Origin: Candidatus Ozemobacteraceae bacterium
GTDB lineage: Bacteria > Muiribacteriota > Ozemobacteria > Ozemobacterales > Ozemobacteraceae
Assembly (NCBI GenBank): GCA_035373905.1
Contig: DAOSOK010000009.1
Span: 44,925 to 108,924 of the forward strand
Length of the DNA stretch: 64,000 bases
Reading direction: 5' to 3'
The stretch's first letter is position 1; each line of letters opens with the position of its first letter. Shown one piece after another: positions 27,605 to 37,686 of the stretch. The position numbers and the translations under genes were made by a program. The notes below the pieces were generated by a model that was not told the DNA's origin, did no database searches, and worked only from the letters and a program-made list of their open reading frames with translations.

Positions 27605-29080
27605 TCAGGACGTTCTCGACGGCAGCGCGTTCCGCCAGAGGCGGCTATCGAACAGGACGAGCAGGGTGATGACCTCCAGCCGACCCGCCCACATGAGGAA
27701 AAAATAGATCGCCTTGGTCGCCGTCGTCAGGCCGGCGAACGAGCCCATCGGGCCGATCGCCCCGAATCCGGGCCCGATGTTTCCGAGGGTGACGATGGCG
27801 CCGAAAAATCCGATGTTGAGATCGTTTTCGAAGATGGAAGCAAGGACTCCCCCGATCAGGAACAGGGTGAAATAGGTCGCGATAAAGCCGATGATCGGCT
27901 GGAACTCCGCCTCCGAAAAGACCCTGCGGCCGAGCCGGATCGGCACCACGGCCTTGAGATGGATGGCACGGGTGAACTGCCGCAGAAGGAAACGCCCCAG
28001 GAAGAGAGCGCGGATGACCTTGATTCCGCCGCCCGCCGACCCGGAACAGCCGCCGACGAGCATGAGGAAGACCAGCACGACTTTCGACCGGTCAGCCCAG
28101 AGGCTGAAGTCGGCTGAGGCGAACCCGGTCGTGGTCATGATGCTGAGGTTCTGGAAGAGAGCGGTCCGGAGGGAAACCAGCGACCATTCCCCGACGGCGG
28201 GGTCGAAGCCGAGAAAGACAAACAGGACGAGCGTCGTTGCCGCCGTGATCGCCACGTATCCGCGGAGTTCGACGTCCTCCCAGAGGGCTCGGACATTTCC
28301 GCGCAGCGCGCGCACCTGCAGGGTGAAGTTGGCGCCCGCGAGAAACATGAACACGATGATGATCCACTCGGCCGGCGGGCTTTTGTATCCCATGATGCTC
28401 TGCGCATGGGGAGAAAAGCCGCCTGCGGCGAGCGTCGCCATCGAGTTGCAGAAGGCATCGTTGGCGGGCATCCCATAATATATCAAAAGAATTGTTTCGA
28501 GGAGGGTCAGAAACACGTACCACCCCCAGAGGTGCCTGGCGGTGTCCCGAACGCGAGGGGTGAGCTTTTCCTTCGATGCAGCCGAGGTTTCGGCGAAAAA
28601 CAACTGGCGGCCGGCAACCGAAAAATGCGGCAGGACGGCCACGAACAGGACCAGAATTCCCATGCCGCCGACCCAGTGGGTGAATCCGCGGAAGAAAAAC
28701 AGCGACTGGCTGAAGCCGGAAAAATCGGTGAAAATCGTGGCCCCCGTCGTCGTGAAGCCGCTCATCGACTCGAAGAGGCTGTCGATCAGGGACAGGCGGC
28801 AGCACAGGTAGGGAATGGCGCCGCAGACGGCGACGGCGAACCATCCCAGTCCCACCACGGCCATGCCCTCGAGACGATCCAGATCGTCGAAACTCCGGCT
28901 GGAAACCAGCCTGCCGCACCGGTCGCCGGCCCACCACGACAGGGCGGAGGTGAGGGTGAAGTGGGCCACCGACGCCCATTCCCGGTAGATCAGAGCCATC
29001 CCCAGGGGGAGAATCATCAGAATGCCGAACGCCCGGACGATGAGCCCGATCATGGCGAAGACAAGGCGCCAGCGGATCAT
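27605..29080 (-). CDS. trkH: Trk K+ uptake membrane protein TrkH
   Basis: FESMSGFTTTGAT, HWVGGMGILVL, TTTGF, GGCSGSAGGGIKVIR, TLGNIGPGFG, GRLE. Confidence 0.95.
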   Translation of the reverse strand: MIRWRLVFAMIGLIVRAFGILMILPLGMALIYREWASVAHFTLTSALSWWAGDRCGRLVSSRSFDDLDRLEGMAVVGLGWFAVAVCGAIPYLCCRLSLIDSLFESMSGFTTTGATIFTDFSGFSQSLFFFRGFTHWVGGMGILVLFVAVLPHFSVAGRQLFFAETSAASKEKLTPRVRDTARHLWGWYVFLTLLETILLIYYGMPANDAFCNSMATLAAGGFSPHAQSIMGYKSPPAEWIIIVFMFLAGANFTLQVRALRGNVRALWEDVELRGYVAITAATTLVLFVFLGFDPAVGEWSLVSLRTALFQNLSIMTTTGFASADFSLWADRSKVVLVFLMLVGGCSGSAGGGIKVIRALFLGRFLLRQFTRAIHLKAVVPIRLGRRVFSEAEFQPIIGFIATYFTLFLIGGVLASIFENDLNIGFFGAIVTLGNIGPGFGAIGPMGSFAGLTTATKAIYFFLMWAGRLEVITLLVLFDSRLWRNALPSRTS

Positions 29081-30438
29081 GCGGTCGCGGTTTTCGCGGC
29101 AGATGCCGGCGCATCGCTCAGCAACTGCCGCAATTCGTTGTCGTGTCCGGCTTTACAGAAGGCCCTCAGAAAGTCTCCGGCCTTGACCTCGTCGTCGCCG
29201 TGCGGAACGACGACATGTGCGCCACGTCTGATGGCGCCGATAATGACGCCCTCCGGCAGTTTCATGTCCTTGAGGAGGCAAGTCGTGAACCCGGGGGGCA
29301 CCTGGATTTCGAGAACCTCGGCCTTTCCGCCCTCGATCACGTTGAGGACGTTCATCCCCTGGCTGTTGATCATCAGCACGATGATGCGGATCGCGGCCAG
29401 TCGCGACGTGAGGGCGACATCCACCCCGACCCGCTCGAACAGAGGTTGGTTCCGCGGGCTGGCGACGCGGGTGATGATCTTACGGGCCTTGAGTTGCCTT
29501 GCCATGAGGGAGAGCAGGAGATTGCGCTCGTCCCCGGTCGCCAGGGAAATCAGGCAGTCGCACTCATGCAACTGCTGTGTTGCAAGAAAATCGAGATCCG
29601 TCGCATCGGCGTTCAACACCATGGTCTTGGAAAGGCGGGCTGCGAGATTTTGAGCCCGTTCGGGAGAAACTTCGATCAGCCGAACTTCGACATTGTCCAT
29701 GTCTTCCAGGTTTTCCGCAAGAAGCGTCCCGACGTTTCCTCCTCCGACGATGATCACTTCCTGTTTACCCCGGCGGGGCGGGTCGTATCGGTTGACAAGC
29801 TGGCGCATGCCGTTCTCGGTTCCGAAGAAAACCACTTTATCCCAGGCGGCCAGTTGTGTTGCCCCGCTCGGGATAAAGACTTCATGTTCACGAACGAGAG
29901 CGACCATCAGGGTGCCTTTCGGGAGATCGAGCTCGCGAAGAGGTTTTCCCACGTCTGGATGGTTGTCGCCGAGCTTGAACTCGATCAACTTCAGCATATC
30001 CTTCTCGACAACTTCGACGTCTACGGCACCGGGGACGGTGATGATGCGCGCGATGTCTTCGGCGAGAAGTTTCTCGGGCCAGAGAATGCAATCGATGGTG
30101 AGGTTGGCGCCCAGGCCGCCCTTGAAGGTCTCGAAATAATGTTCTTTGTTCACGAAACAGACCGTGCGGGCTTTCCCGAGCTGTTTCGCCGCAAGGCAGC
30201 TGATGATGTTGACCTCGTCGGAATGGGCGCACCCGATGAAGAAGTCGGCTTTCGCCACCTCGGCCTGCTGCAGGATATCGAGGTTGGTGGCGACTCCCCG
30301 GACGACCTGGACGTCCAGTTCCTGGAACCGCTCGCACAGCAGGGGATCAGGCTCGATCACGAACAGGTCGTGCTGCGCGGAAAGCTCGCGGGTGAGGAGA
30401 AAACTGATTTCCCCGCCGCCGGAAAGGACGATTCTCAT
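29077..30438 (-). CDS. trkA: Trk K+ uptake NAD-binding subunit TrkA (two RCK domains)
   Basis: MRIVLSGGGEI and VIIVGGGNVG Rossmann motifs; 453 aa. Confidence 0.93.
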   Translation of the reverse strand: MRIVLSGGGEISFLLTRELSAQHDLFVIEPDPLLCERFQELDVQVVRGVATNLDILQQAEVAKADFFIGCAHSDEVNIISCLAAKQLGKARTVCFVNKEHYFETFKGGLGANLTIDCILWPEKLLAEDIARIITVPGAVDVEVVEKDMLKLIEFKLGDNHPDVGKPLRELDLPKGTLMVALVREHEVFIPSGATQLAAWDKVVFFGTENGMRQLVNRYDPPRRGKQEVIIVGGGNVGTLLAENLEDMDNVEVRLIEVSPERAQNLAARLSKTMVLNADATDLDFLATQQLHECDCLISLATGDERNLLLSLMARQLKARKIITRVASPRNQPLFERVGVDVALTSRLAAIRIIVLMINSQGMNVLNVIEGGKAEVLEIQVPPGFTTCLLKDMKLPEGVIIGAIRRGAHVVVPHGDDEVKAGDFLRAFCKAGHDNELRQLLSDAPASAAKTATA

Positions 30439-30518
30439 TGCCGGTGACTCCTCGGGCGCCTCATGCCAGCGCGTTCTGCCGACTGCAACCGCACGCCCGT
30501 ATCGAACTTCGGGGGGGC

Positions 30519-30524
30519 ATTATA
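30519..30524 (-). promoter_or_regulatory. Consensus -10 (TATAAT) upstream of trkA
   Basis: attata on the + strand; no convincing -35. Confidence 0.45.
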
Positions 30525-30575
30525 CCCTATCCGGTGGCCGGAGAGAACAACAATAATCAAGCCCGCCACCACCCT

Positions 30576-30595
30576 GGGCGCATCGCGATGCGCCC
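30576..30595. promoter_or_regulatory. Perfect 20-bp palindrome in the trkA / BMP divergent intergenic region
   Basis: GGGCGCATCG|CGATGCGCCC. Confidence 0.45.
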
Positions 30596-30700
30596 CCACA
30601 CACCGTTTCACCGGTCACATTTCGCAGATGCGGGGTTGCATTTTGTCTTTTCGTGCGTGAGAATACCTGCGCAAACAGATATTGCACGGAGGATACCCAC

Positions 30701-31879
30701 ATGCGTCCCATACTTCGCTTCGTTGCTGCACTGGCCCTGTTCTGTCTCGTCGTCCCCGCGGCCATGGCCCAGGATTCCCAGGCTCCGCAGGCCGCCGGGA
30801 AGAAGATCAAGGCCGGCTTCGTCTACGTCGGGCCGGTCGGCGATTTCGGCTGGACGAACGCCCATGATATCGCCCGACAGCAGATGCTGAAGATCTTCCC
30901 CTGGCTCGAGACGACGTTCGTCGAATCCGTCGCCGAAGCCGACTCGGCGCGCGTGATCGACCGTCTCGTCAACGAGGAGAAGTGCGACGTCATCTTCACC
31001 ACCAGTTTCGGCTACATGAACGACACCGCCGCGGCCGCCGCGCGGTATCCGGACCGCACGTTCATGCACTGCTCGGGCTACAAGCGCGGCCCGAACCTCG
31101 GAACGTATTTTGCTGAATTATATCAGGCGTATTATTTGAACGGTCTCATGGCCGGCGCTCTCACGAAGAGCGGCAAGCTCGGCTACGTCGCGGCGCACCC
31201 CATTCCCGAGGTCGTCCGGCACATCAACGCCTTCGCTCTCGGCGCGCGCGAGGCGAATCCCAACGCCCGCGTCCAGGTGAAGTGGCTGTTTTCCTGGTAT
31301 GATCCGGCCAAGGCCCGCGAGGCGGCGGAAGCTCTCGTGGCGGAAGGCTGCGACGCGCTCGCCTTTTCCGAAGACTCGCCGGCGGTCATCCAGGTGGGCG
31401 AAGAGCACACCCAGAAGGGAAAGCCCGTCTTCACGTTCTCCCATTACAGCCCGATGCAGAAGTTCGGCGAGCATTCGGTCGTCTCCGGCCAGCTCGTCGA
31501 CTGGAGCGTGATGTACGAGACGATTCTCAGCTCGATGTATACCGGCACCTGGAAGCCGAACGATCTCTGGTGGCTTCTGAAAGAAGGCGCCTGCAAGATC
31601 GGCGGCGCGGAAGGCGTGCAGGTGAACCCCGCGTTCGTCGAACCGCTCAAGGCGGTCGCGATCACCGACCCGGTGATCGGCGCCACAAATATATATGACC
31701 TTGTATTGAAAAGAATCGCCCAGATGAGCGAGCCGACGGTGCTGTTCGACCCCTTCACCGGCCCGATCAAGGACCAGGCCGGAACCCTCCGGATCAAAGC
31801 CGGCGAGCGGGCGTCGCACGACACCCTCTGGGCCATCGACTGGTTCGTCGAAGGCGTCGACGCGACCCTGCCGAAGTGA
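30701..31879 (+). CDS. BMP-family ABC substrate-binding protein (nucleoside-type)
   Basis: GFVYVGPVGDFGWTNAHD, IFTTSFGY, YVAAHPIPEVVRHINAFALGA; RBS GGAGG before ATG 30701. Confidence 0.9.
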   Translation: MRPILRFVAALALFCLVVPAAMAQDSQAPQAAGKKIKAGFVYVGPVGDFGWTNAHDIARQQMLKIFPWLETTFVESVAEADSARVIDRLVNEEKCDVIFTTSFGYMNDTAAAAARYPDRTFMHCSGYKRGPNLGTYFAELYQAYYLNGLMAGALTKSGKLGYVAAHPIPEVVRHINAFALGAREANPNARVQVKWLFSWYDPAKAREAAEALVAEGCDALAFSEDSPAVIQVGEEHTQKGKPVFTFSHYSPMQKFGEHSVVSGQLVDWSVMYETILSSMYTGTWKPNDLWWLLKEGACKIGGAEGVQVNPAFVEPLKAVAITDPVIGATNIYDLVLKRIAQMSEPTVLFDPFTGPIKDQAGTLRIKAGERASHDTLWAIDWFVEGVDATLPK

Positions 31880-33408
31880 GCGCCTCCCACCAGCGCCTCG
31901 AGATGCTCGGCATCTCGAAGCGCTTCGGTTCGACCCAGGCGAATTATCTCGTCAACCTCTCCGTCTCGGCGGGCGAGGTCGTCGGTCTGCTCGGCGAGAA
32001 CGGCGCCGGCAAGAGCACCCTGATGAACATCCTGTATGGCCTTCACCGGCCTGACGCGGGGGCCATCTTCCTCGACGGGGTCCAGATCGACGTCTCCTCT
32101 CCGGCCGCCGCGCGGGCGTTCGGCATCGGCATGGTCCATCAGCATTTCATGCTCGTCCAGAACCATACCGTCGCGGAAAACATCGCGCTCGCCCTCTCCG
32201 AAGCCCCCGCCTGGAACCCCGTTCCCTACGCCCGCGCGAAGATCGAGGAGTTCGGCGGCCGGTACGGCCTGAAGATCGATCCCGGCGCGAGGGTCAGCGA
32301 CCTTTCCGCCGGCGAGCAGCAGCGCGTCGAACTGCTCAAGGCGCTGATGAGCGGAGCGAAATGGCTCGTTCTCGACGAACCGACCTCGGTCCTCACCCCC
32401 CGCGAAGCAGACGAGCTGTTCGTGCTCCTGAAGCGGATGACGGGCGAAGGCCACGGGATCATCTTCATCAGCCACAAGCTCGACGAGGTGCTCGCGATCA
32501 CCGACCGGGTCGTCGTCCTGCGCCACGGCCGGCCGGCCGGCGAGTGCCGGACGAAAGACGCCGACCAGGCATCCCTCGCCCGGCTGATGATCGGCCGCCA
32601 GATCGACAAACCGTCGATCTCGAACCTGACGGTACCAGGAGAAGCGGTTCTCGACGTCAGGAGGCTGAGCGCGGCTGGCAGTCGCGGCCCCCTCACGGTA
32701 AACGATGCGAGCTTTGTCGTGCGCGGCGGCGAGATCATCGGCATCGCGGGGATATCAGGAAACGGCCAGCGCGAACTTCTCGAGACGATCGCCGGGATGA
32801 GGCCCGCGACCGCGGGAACGGTCAGCCTCTGCGGCGTCGATATCACCGACCACGATGTCCGCACCAGGACGGCCGCGGGCCTTGCGTTCGTTCCCGAAGA
32901 CCGGCTTCACACCGGGACGGTTCCCTCATTCAGTCTCACCGACAATGCGATTCTCCGGGACGCTCACCGGGATCTGTTTTCCCGGAACGGCTTCCTCGAT
33001 ACCGCCAAAGCTCGCGAGCGTTCGGAGAGGCTCATCTCCGAATACGAGGTGGCGGCTCCCGGCCCCGACACGCCGTTGCGAAACCTTTCGGGCGGCAATA
33101 TCCAGAAGTTCCTTCTCGGCCGCGAGTTGGACGCATCGCCCAAGCTCCTGCTGGCGGCACATCCGACGTACGGCGTGGATATCGCTGCGGCGGCCGTCAT
33201 CCATCGCGTCATACTCGAGCGAAAAGCCGCCGGCGCCGCGATCCTCCTCGTGTCCGAAGATCTCGACGAACTCCTGGCCCTCTCCGACAAAATCGGCGTG
33301 ATGTTCCGCGGTGAGCTTCGCGCCATGTTCCCCCGCGAGAAGGCAACGCGCGAGCGTATCGGCCTTCTCATGGGCGGCGCGCCTGCCACACCGGAGGAAG
33401 TGCCGTGA
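31876..33408 (+). CDS. ABC transporter ATP-binding protein (CUT2, two ATPase domains)
   Basis: GENGAGKST, LSAGEQQRVE, LSGGNIQK, VSEDLDE. Confidence 0.93.
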   Translation: MSASHQRLEMLGISKRFGSTQANYLVNLSVSAGEVVGLLGENGAGKSTLMNILYGLHRPDAGAIFLDGVQIDVSSPAAARAFGIGMVHQHFMLVQNHTVAENIALALSEAPAWNPVPYARAKIEEFGGRYGLKIDPGARVSDLSAGEQQRVELLKALMSGAKWLVLDEPTSVLTPREADELFVLLKRMTGEGHGIIFISHKLDEVLAITDRVVVLRHGRPAGECRTKDADQASLARLMIGRQIDKPSISNLTVPGEAVLDVRRLSAAGSRGPLTVNDASFVVRGGEIIGIAGISGNGQRELLETIAGMRPATAGTVSLCGVDITDHDVRTRTAAGLAFVPEDRLHTGTVPSFSLTDNAILRDAHRDLFSRNGFLDTAKARERSERLISEYEVAAPGPDTPLRNLSGGNIQKFLLGRELDASPKLLLAAHPTYGVDIAAAAVIHRVILERKAAGAAILLVSEDLDELLALSDKIGVMFRGELRAMFPREKATRERIGLLMGGAPATPEEVP

Positions 33409-34499
33409 TCATGTGGAAATGGCGCCTCGAGTCGGTTTCCACCCCGTCGTCGGTGCGCGTCGGGGCGACGATGGTCCTCTCCATCCTCGCCGGCCTGTCG
33501 CTGGGCTGTCTGCTGTTCCTGGTAATGGGCGTCTCACCGCTTGCCGCCATGGTAAAAATGGCTTCCGGCTCCTTCGGAAGCTGGTATGGGTTCAAGGAAA
33601 CCGTGACGAAGGCCGTCCCGCTCACCCTGATCGGCGCCGGGCTCGCGATCTGTTTCCGAGCCCGTATCTGGAACATCGGCGCCGAAGGCCAGCTTCTGTT
33701 CGGCGCGATCGCGGCCACATGGGTCGGTCTGGGGCTCGGGCATCACCTTCCCGGCTGGCTCGGCATCGCGGCGATGTTCGCGGCCGGAGCGCTCGCCGGG
33801 GGAATCTGGGCGGCGGTTCCCGCGTTCATGCGCGTCAGGTGGGGAGTGAACGAGGCGGTCAGCTCGCTGTTGCTCAATTACGTCGCCGCCGAGTTCGTCC
33901 AGTTCCTCATCTACGGGCCCTGGAAAGGCAAGACCCAGTTCGGGTTCCCCTACTCCGACGACCTGCCGAACGCGCTCTGGCTGCCGACGTTTTACGGTTC
34001 CCGCCTGTCGTGGCTCCCGCTCGTTCTCGCCGGGGCGGTCGTGGTCCTTCTCACCGTTCTCTCGGCGAAGACCCGATTCGGATACGACGTTCGCGTCGTC
34101 GGCGAAAATCCGGAAGCGGCCGCCTATGCCGGGATTCCCTTCGGGCGGACGGTGTTTGCGATCATGGTCCTGAGCGGCGCGCTCGCCGGCATCGCCGGTG
34201 CGACCGAGATCGCCGGCGTCCATCACCATCTGACGTACCCATGGTCCATTTCCTCCGGCTACGGCTTCACGGCTATCCTGACGGCGTTCCTCGCCCGCCT
34301 GAATCCAGCATGGACCTGGCTTTCCGCCATTCTCTTCGGCGGTCTGCTCGTGGGCGGCGACGTCATCCAGACGTCTCTCGGCCTCCCTTTCGCCACCGTG
34401 AACATTTTCAACGGCCTCGTCCTGATCGCCATCCTGGCCGGAGAGTTCATGATCGGCCACCGATTCGTCCGCATCCAGCACACCGGAGACTCCCGATGA
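33405..34499 (+). CDS. ABC transporter permease 1 (nucleoside-type)
   Basis: WNIGAEGQL, GVNEAVSSLLLNY, SSGYGFTAILTAFL. Confidence 0.9.
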   Translation: MIMWKWRLESVSTPSSVRVGATMVLSILAGLSLGCLLFLVMGVSPLAAMVKMASGSFGSWYGFKETVTKAVPLTLIGAGLAICFRARIWNIGAEGQLLFGAIAATWVGLGLGHHLPGWLGIAAMFAAGALAGGIWAAVPAFMRVRWGVNEAVSSLLLNYVAAEFVQFLIYGPWKGKTQFGFPYSDDLPNALWLPTFYGSRLSWLPLVLAGAVVVLLTVLSAKTRFGYDVRVVGENPEAAAYAGIPFGRTVFAIMVLSGALAGIAGATEIAGVHHHLTYPWSISSGYGFTAILTAFLARLNPAWTWLSAILFGGLLVGGDVIQTSLGLPFATVNIFNGLVLIAILAGEFMIGHRFVRIQHTGDSR

Positions 34500-35419
34500 C
34501 GGAACTCATCGCATCGATCGTCAGTCGCAGCATCGCCGCGAGCACCCCTCTGCTGATCGGCACCCTGGGCGAGATCCTCGCCGAGCGCGCCGGCGTCATG
34601 AATCTCGGCGTCGAAGGAATGATGGCCTTCGGCGCCGTCGCGGGCTTCGCCGTCGCCCTCCATACGAAAAGCGCCTGGCTCGGCCTGCTCGCCGCCATTC
34701 TTGCGGGAGCTCTTCTGGCACTCATCCACGCGATCCTCACGGTGAAACTGCGGGCGAACCAGGTCGTTTCCGGCCTCGCGCTGACGACGCTCGGTCTCGG
34801 CCTCAGCGGCCTGATCGGCCGAAAACTCATCGGGAAACCGCTTCAAGCCAAGTTTTCCGCTCTCGACATTCCGTTGCTCAGCGACCTTCCCGTCGTCGGG
34901 AAGGCGTTGTTCGGCCACGACATCCTCGTCTACGCCACGCTCCTCGCGACGATTCTTCTCTGGTTTTTCCTTTATCGCACGAAATACGGTCTCGCCGTCC
35001 GCTCGGCGGGCGAAAATCCCCTTGCAACCGAAACGATGAGCATCGACGTCGTTCTGCTTCGCATCCTGTTCGTCGTCATCGGCGGGGCGTTCGCCGGAGC
35101 GGCGGGCGGGTATCTCTCGCTCGCCTACATCCCGGCCTGGATCGAAGGGATGACGGCCGGCCGCGGCTGGATCGTCATCGCCCTGACGATGTTCTCCCTG
35201 TGGGACCCGATCCGGGCGCTCGCCGGTTCGCTGCTGTTCGGCGGCCTTTTCGTCGGCCAGTATTTCCTGCAGCCGTACGGCATCTCGCCGAACCTCCTGA
35301 TGATGCTTCCTTACCTGGCGACCCTCGCGGCTCTCGTCCAGGGCGCGACCGCGTCGAAAACCCGGGGCCGCTCTGCCCCGGCCTCGCTCGGCGTTCCCTA
35401 CGAGCGGGGGGAACGGTAA
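34496..35419 (+). CDS. ABC transporter permease 2 (nucleoside-type)
   Basis: Start at ATG 34496 (MTELIAS), overlapping the previous stop; ERAGVMNLGVEG, GENP, TAGRGWIVIAL. Confidence 0.9.
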   Translation: MTELIASIVSRSIAASTPLLIGTLGEILAERAGVMNLGVEGMMAFGAVAGFAVALHTKSAWLGLLAAILAGALLALIHAILTVKLRANQVVSGLALTTLGLGLSGLIGRKLIGKPLQAKFSALDIPLLSDLPVVGKALFGHDILVYATLLATILLWFFLYRTKYGLAVRSAGENPLATETMSIDVVLLRILFVVIGGAFAGAAGGYLSLAYIPAWIEGMTAGRGWIVIALTMFSLWDPIRALAGSLLFGGLFVGQYFLQPYGISPNLLMMLPYLATLAALVQGATASKTRGRSAPASLGVPYERGER

Positions 35420-35641
35420 AAACGGCCGGGAGGGTTGCGCGTCGCCGGGAAGTTGTGTAGGATTCCTGCGCGCAGGGTTCACGTACACCAGAAGCGGATG
35501 GTTCCGGTTTGAGAGGACGCGCTCGCGCGGCTCGTTGTCGGACATCCCTCGTATGAGGACTCACCCGAACGCGGTCGGTACACCGAGCGGTTCGGTCTGT
35601 GCGCCCAGAGATTTTCATCCGACGACAGGAGCCTCAGGACA

Positions 35642-37666
35642 ATGCCGCAGAGAGAAAAATCGAAACAACCGCCTGCCGACCATCTCAGAACCGAGGGCGG
35701 AGAAAAACAACCCCATCGCGAACACTGGGGGTCGAGAGTCGGTCTGATTCTCGCGATGGCGGGAAACGCCGTCGGTCTCGGCAACTTCCTCCGGTTCCCC
35801 GCCAAGGCGGCGGCAAACGGCGGCGGCGCGTTCATGATTCCCTACTTCATCGCGTTCCTGATTCTCGGCATTCCCCTGATGTGGGTCGAGTGGGGCATCG
35901 GCCGCTACGGCGGCTCGATCGGCCACGGCACGATGCCCGGCGTCATGCATCGCATCGTGAAAAAGCCTCTCGCCAAGTATCTCGGCGTGCTCAGCATCAT
36001 TCTCGGCCTTCTGACGGCCGTCTATTACTGCTATATCGAGTCTTGGACGCTGTCGTTCAGCTACTTTTCCGTGGCAGGCCGGTATAACGACATCCCAGGC
36101 GCCGACATGTCGGAAAAACGCGTCGAAATGGGTCGCTTTTTCAAGGAGTATCTCGGCATCCAGGAAAAGGTGAAGTTGTCGACGACCGCCACGTCCCGCG
36201 ACATCGCCGCGGTGACGGAGTGCATGAACGCCTCCGAGGTAACGTCGGAGCTGAAATACGATCCCAAGCGGGACGGCGAGTGGAACGCCTTCGACCCGAC
36301 CCTCGATCGTTCGAAACGGCCCTTCGTCGAGGCGACGCTCAAAAACAAGTATTTCACGAATGGTAGTACAGCATATATATTTTTCATCATAACGATCCTG
36401 ATTAATTTCTATTTCCTGTATCGAGGGCTGTCCGGTGGTATCGAGCGGCTCGGAAAGATCGGCATGCCGATCCTGTTCGTCTTCGCGATCATTCTCGCCA
36501 TGCGCGTTCTGACGATGGGGCGGCCGGAGGGATGCAACTGGAGCGTCCTCGACGGGATGAACTTTCTCTGGGTGCCGAAGTTCGACCAACTCGGCCAGGC
36601 ATCCGTCTGGCTCGCCGCCGCCGGGCAGATCTTCTTCACGCTGTCGCTCGGCCAGGGCGCGATCCAGGCCTACGCCAGCTACCTGTCGAACAAAGACGAC
36701 GTCGTCCTGACCGGCCTTTCGACGGCCTCGCTCAACGAGTTCGCCGAGGTCGTCCTGGGCGGTTCGATCGCGATTCCGGCCGCCGTCGCGTTCTTCGGCC
36801 CCGCCGTCACGACCGACATCGCCCGTTCCGGCGCGTTCGATCTCGGCTTCCAGTGCATGCCGCTGATCTTCACGAAGATCACGATGGGCTGGTTCTTCGG
36901 CGCCCTCTGGTTCGGGCTTCTCTTCATCGCCGGCATCACCTCCTCCGTCGCTCTGCTGACGCCGCCGATCACCTTCCTGAAGGACGAGATGAAATTTTCG
37001 CATCCGAAGGCCGTCGTCACGGTCACGGCCCTCACCGTCACCTTCGCGCACGCCTGCGTCTTCTTCTTCGACAGGGGCCTCGTCGACGAACTCGACTACT
37101 GGGTGGGCACGCTCGGCCTCGTCGTCTACGCACTGCTCGAGATCATCGTCTTCCTGTGGATCTTCGGCGGCGAGAACGCCTGGAAGGAAATCCACAAGGG
37201 CTGCGACATGAAGATCCCGCGGATATTCTATTATATCATGCGTTATATCACTCCGCTGTACATCGGCGCGCTCCTGTTCGTCTGGGGCATACAGGACGGA
37301 TGGGGCATCCTGGTGATGCAGAACGTCCCTGTCGAGAACCGCCCGTATATCTGGGCCTGCCGGGTCGGCATGCTGGCCGTCACGGCGTTCTTCCTCCACC
37401 TGATCTGGAAGAGGTTCAGGGACGAGGACAACGACTCGTATTGGCTGCCCACAGCGATCTGGGGCTATCCGCTCCTCGTGCTGATCGCCACGTATCCCGG
37501 CCTGCTCGGCATCGACACGAACGGCCTCCTCCTGCTTGTCATTTCATGGACAGCCGTTCTGAGCCTCAGCGTCTACACCATCTACCGGATGTGCACCGTT
37601 CCGCCGAAGCGCAACGACGATTTTCCGGATGATGTCGATGCCGTGGCCGACAAGACCGCGGGCTGA
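35642..37666 (+). CDS. Sodium-dependent transporter, NSS/SNF (LeuT) family
   Basis: GNAVGLGNFLRFP, NGGGAFMIPY, VWLAAAGQIFFTLSLG, AGITSS; long loop insertion and C-terminal extension. Confidence 0.92.
   Translation: MPQREKSKQPPADHLRTEGGEKQPHREHWGSRVGLILAMAGNAVGLGNFLRFPAKAAANGGGAFMIPYFIAFLILGIPLMWVEWGIGRYGGSIGHGTMPGVMHRIVKKPLAKYLGVLSIILGLLTAVYYCYIESWTLSFSYFSVAGRYNDIPGADMSEKRVEMGRFFKEYLGIQEKVKLSTTATSRDIAAVTECMNASEVTSELKYDPKRDGEWNAFDPTLDRSKRPFVEATLKNKYFTNGSTAYIFFIITILINFYFLYRGLSGGIERLGKIGMPILFVFAIILAMRVLTMGRPEGCNWSVLDGMNFLWVPKFDQLGQASVWLAAAGQIFFTLSLGQGAIQAYASYLSNKDDVVLTGLSTASLNEFAEVVLGGSIAIPAAVAFFGPAVTTDIARSGAFDLGFQCMPLIFTKITMGWFFGALWFGLLFIAGITSSVALLTPPITFLKDEMKFSHPKAVVTVTALTVTFAHACVFFFDRGLVDELDYWVGTLGLVVYALLEIIVFLWIFGGENAWKEIHKGCDMKIPRIFYYIMRYITPLYIGALLFVWGIQDGWGILVMQNVPVENRPYIWACRVGMLAVTAFFLHLIWKRFRDEDNDSYWLPTAIWGYPLLVLIATYPGLLGIDTNGLLLLVISWTAVLSLSVYTIYRMCTVPPKRNDDFPDDVDAVADKTAG
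37232..37247. repeat. TATA-N8-TATA spaced palindrome (perfect), inside the NSS gene
   Basis: TATA TCATGCGT TATA; codons TAT ATC ATG CGT TAT ATC (different codon phase from the ATA-type sites). Confidence 0.8.
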
Positions 37667-37686
37667 TCTCCCGAAGCGACGATTTC

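Noticed and set aside
35420-35641. Possible riboswitch upstream of the NSS transporter
   Set aside because: No recognisable glycine, lysine, SAM, TPP or T-box consensus could be matched by eye.
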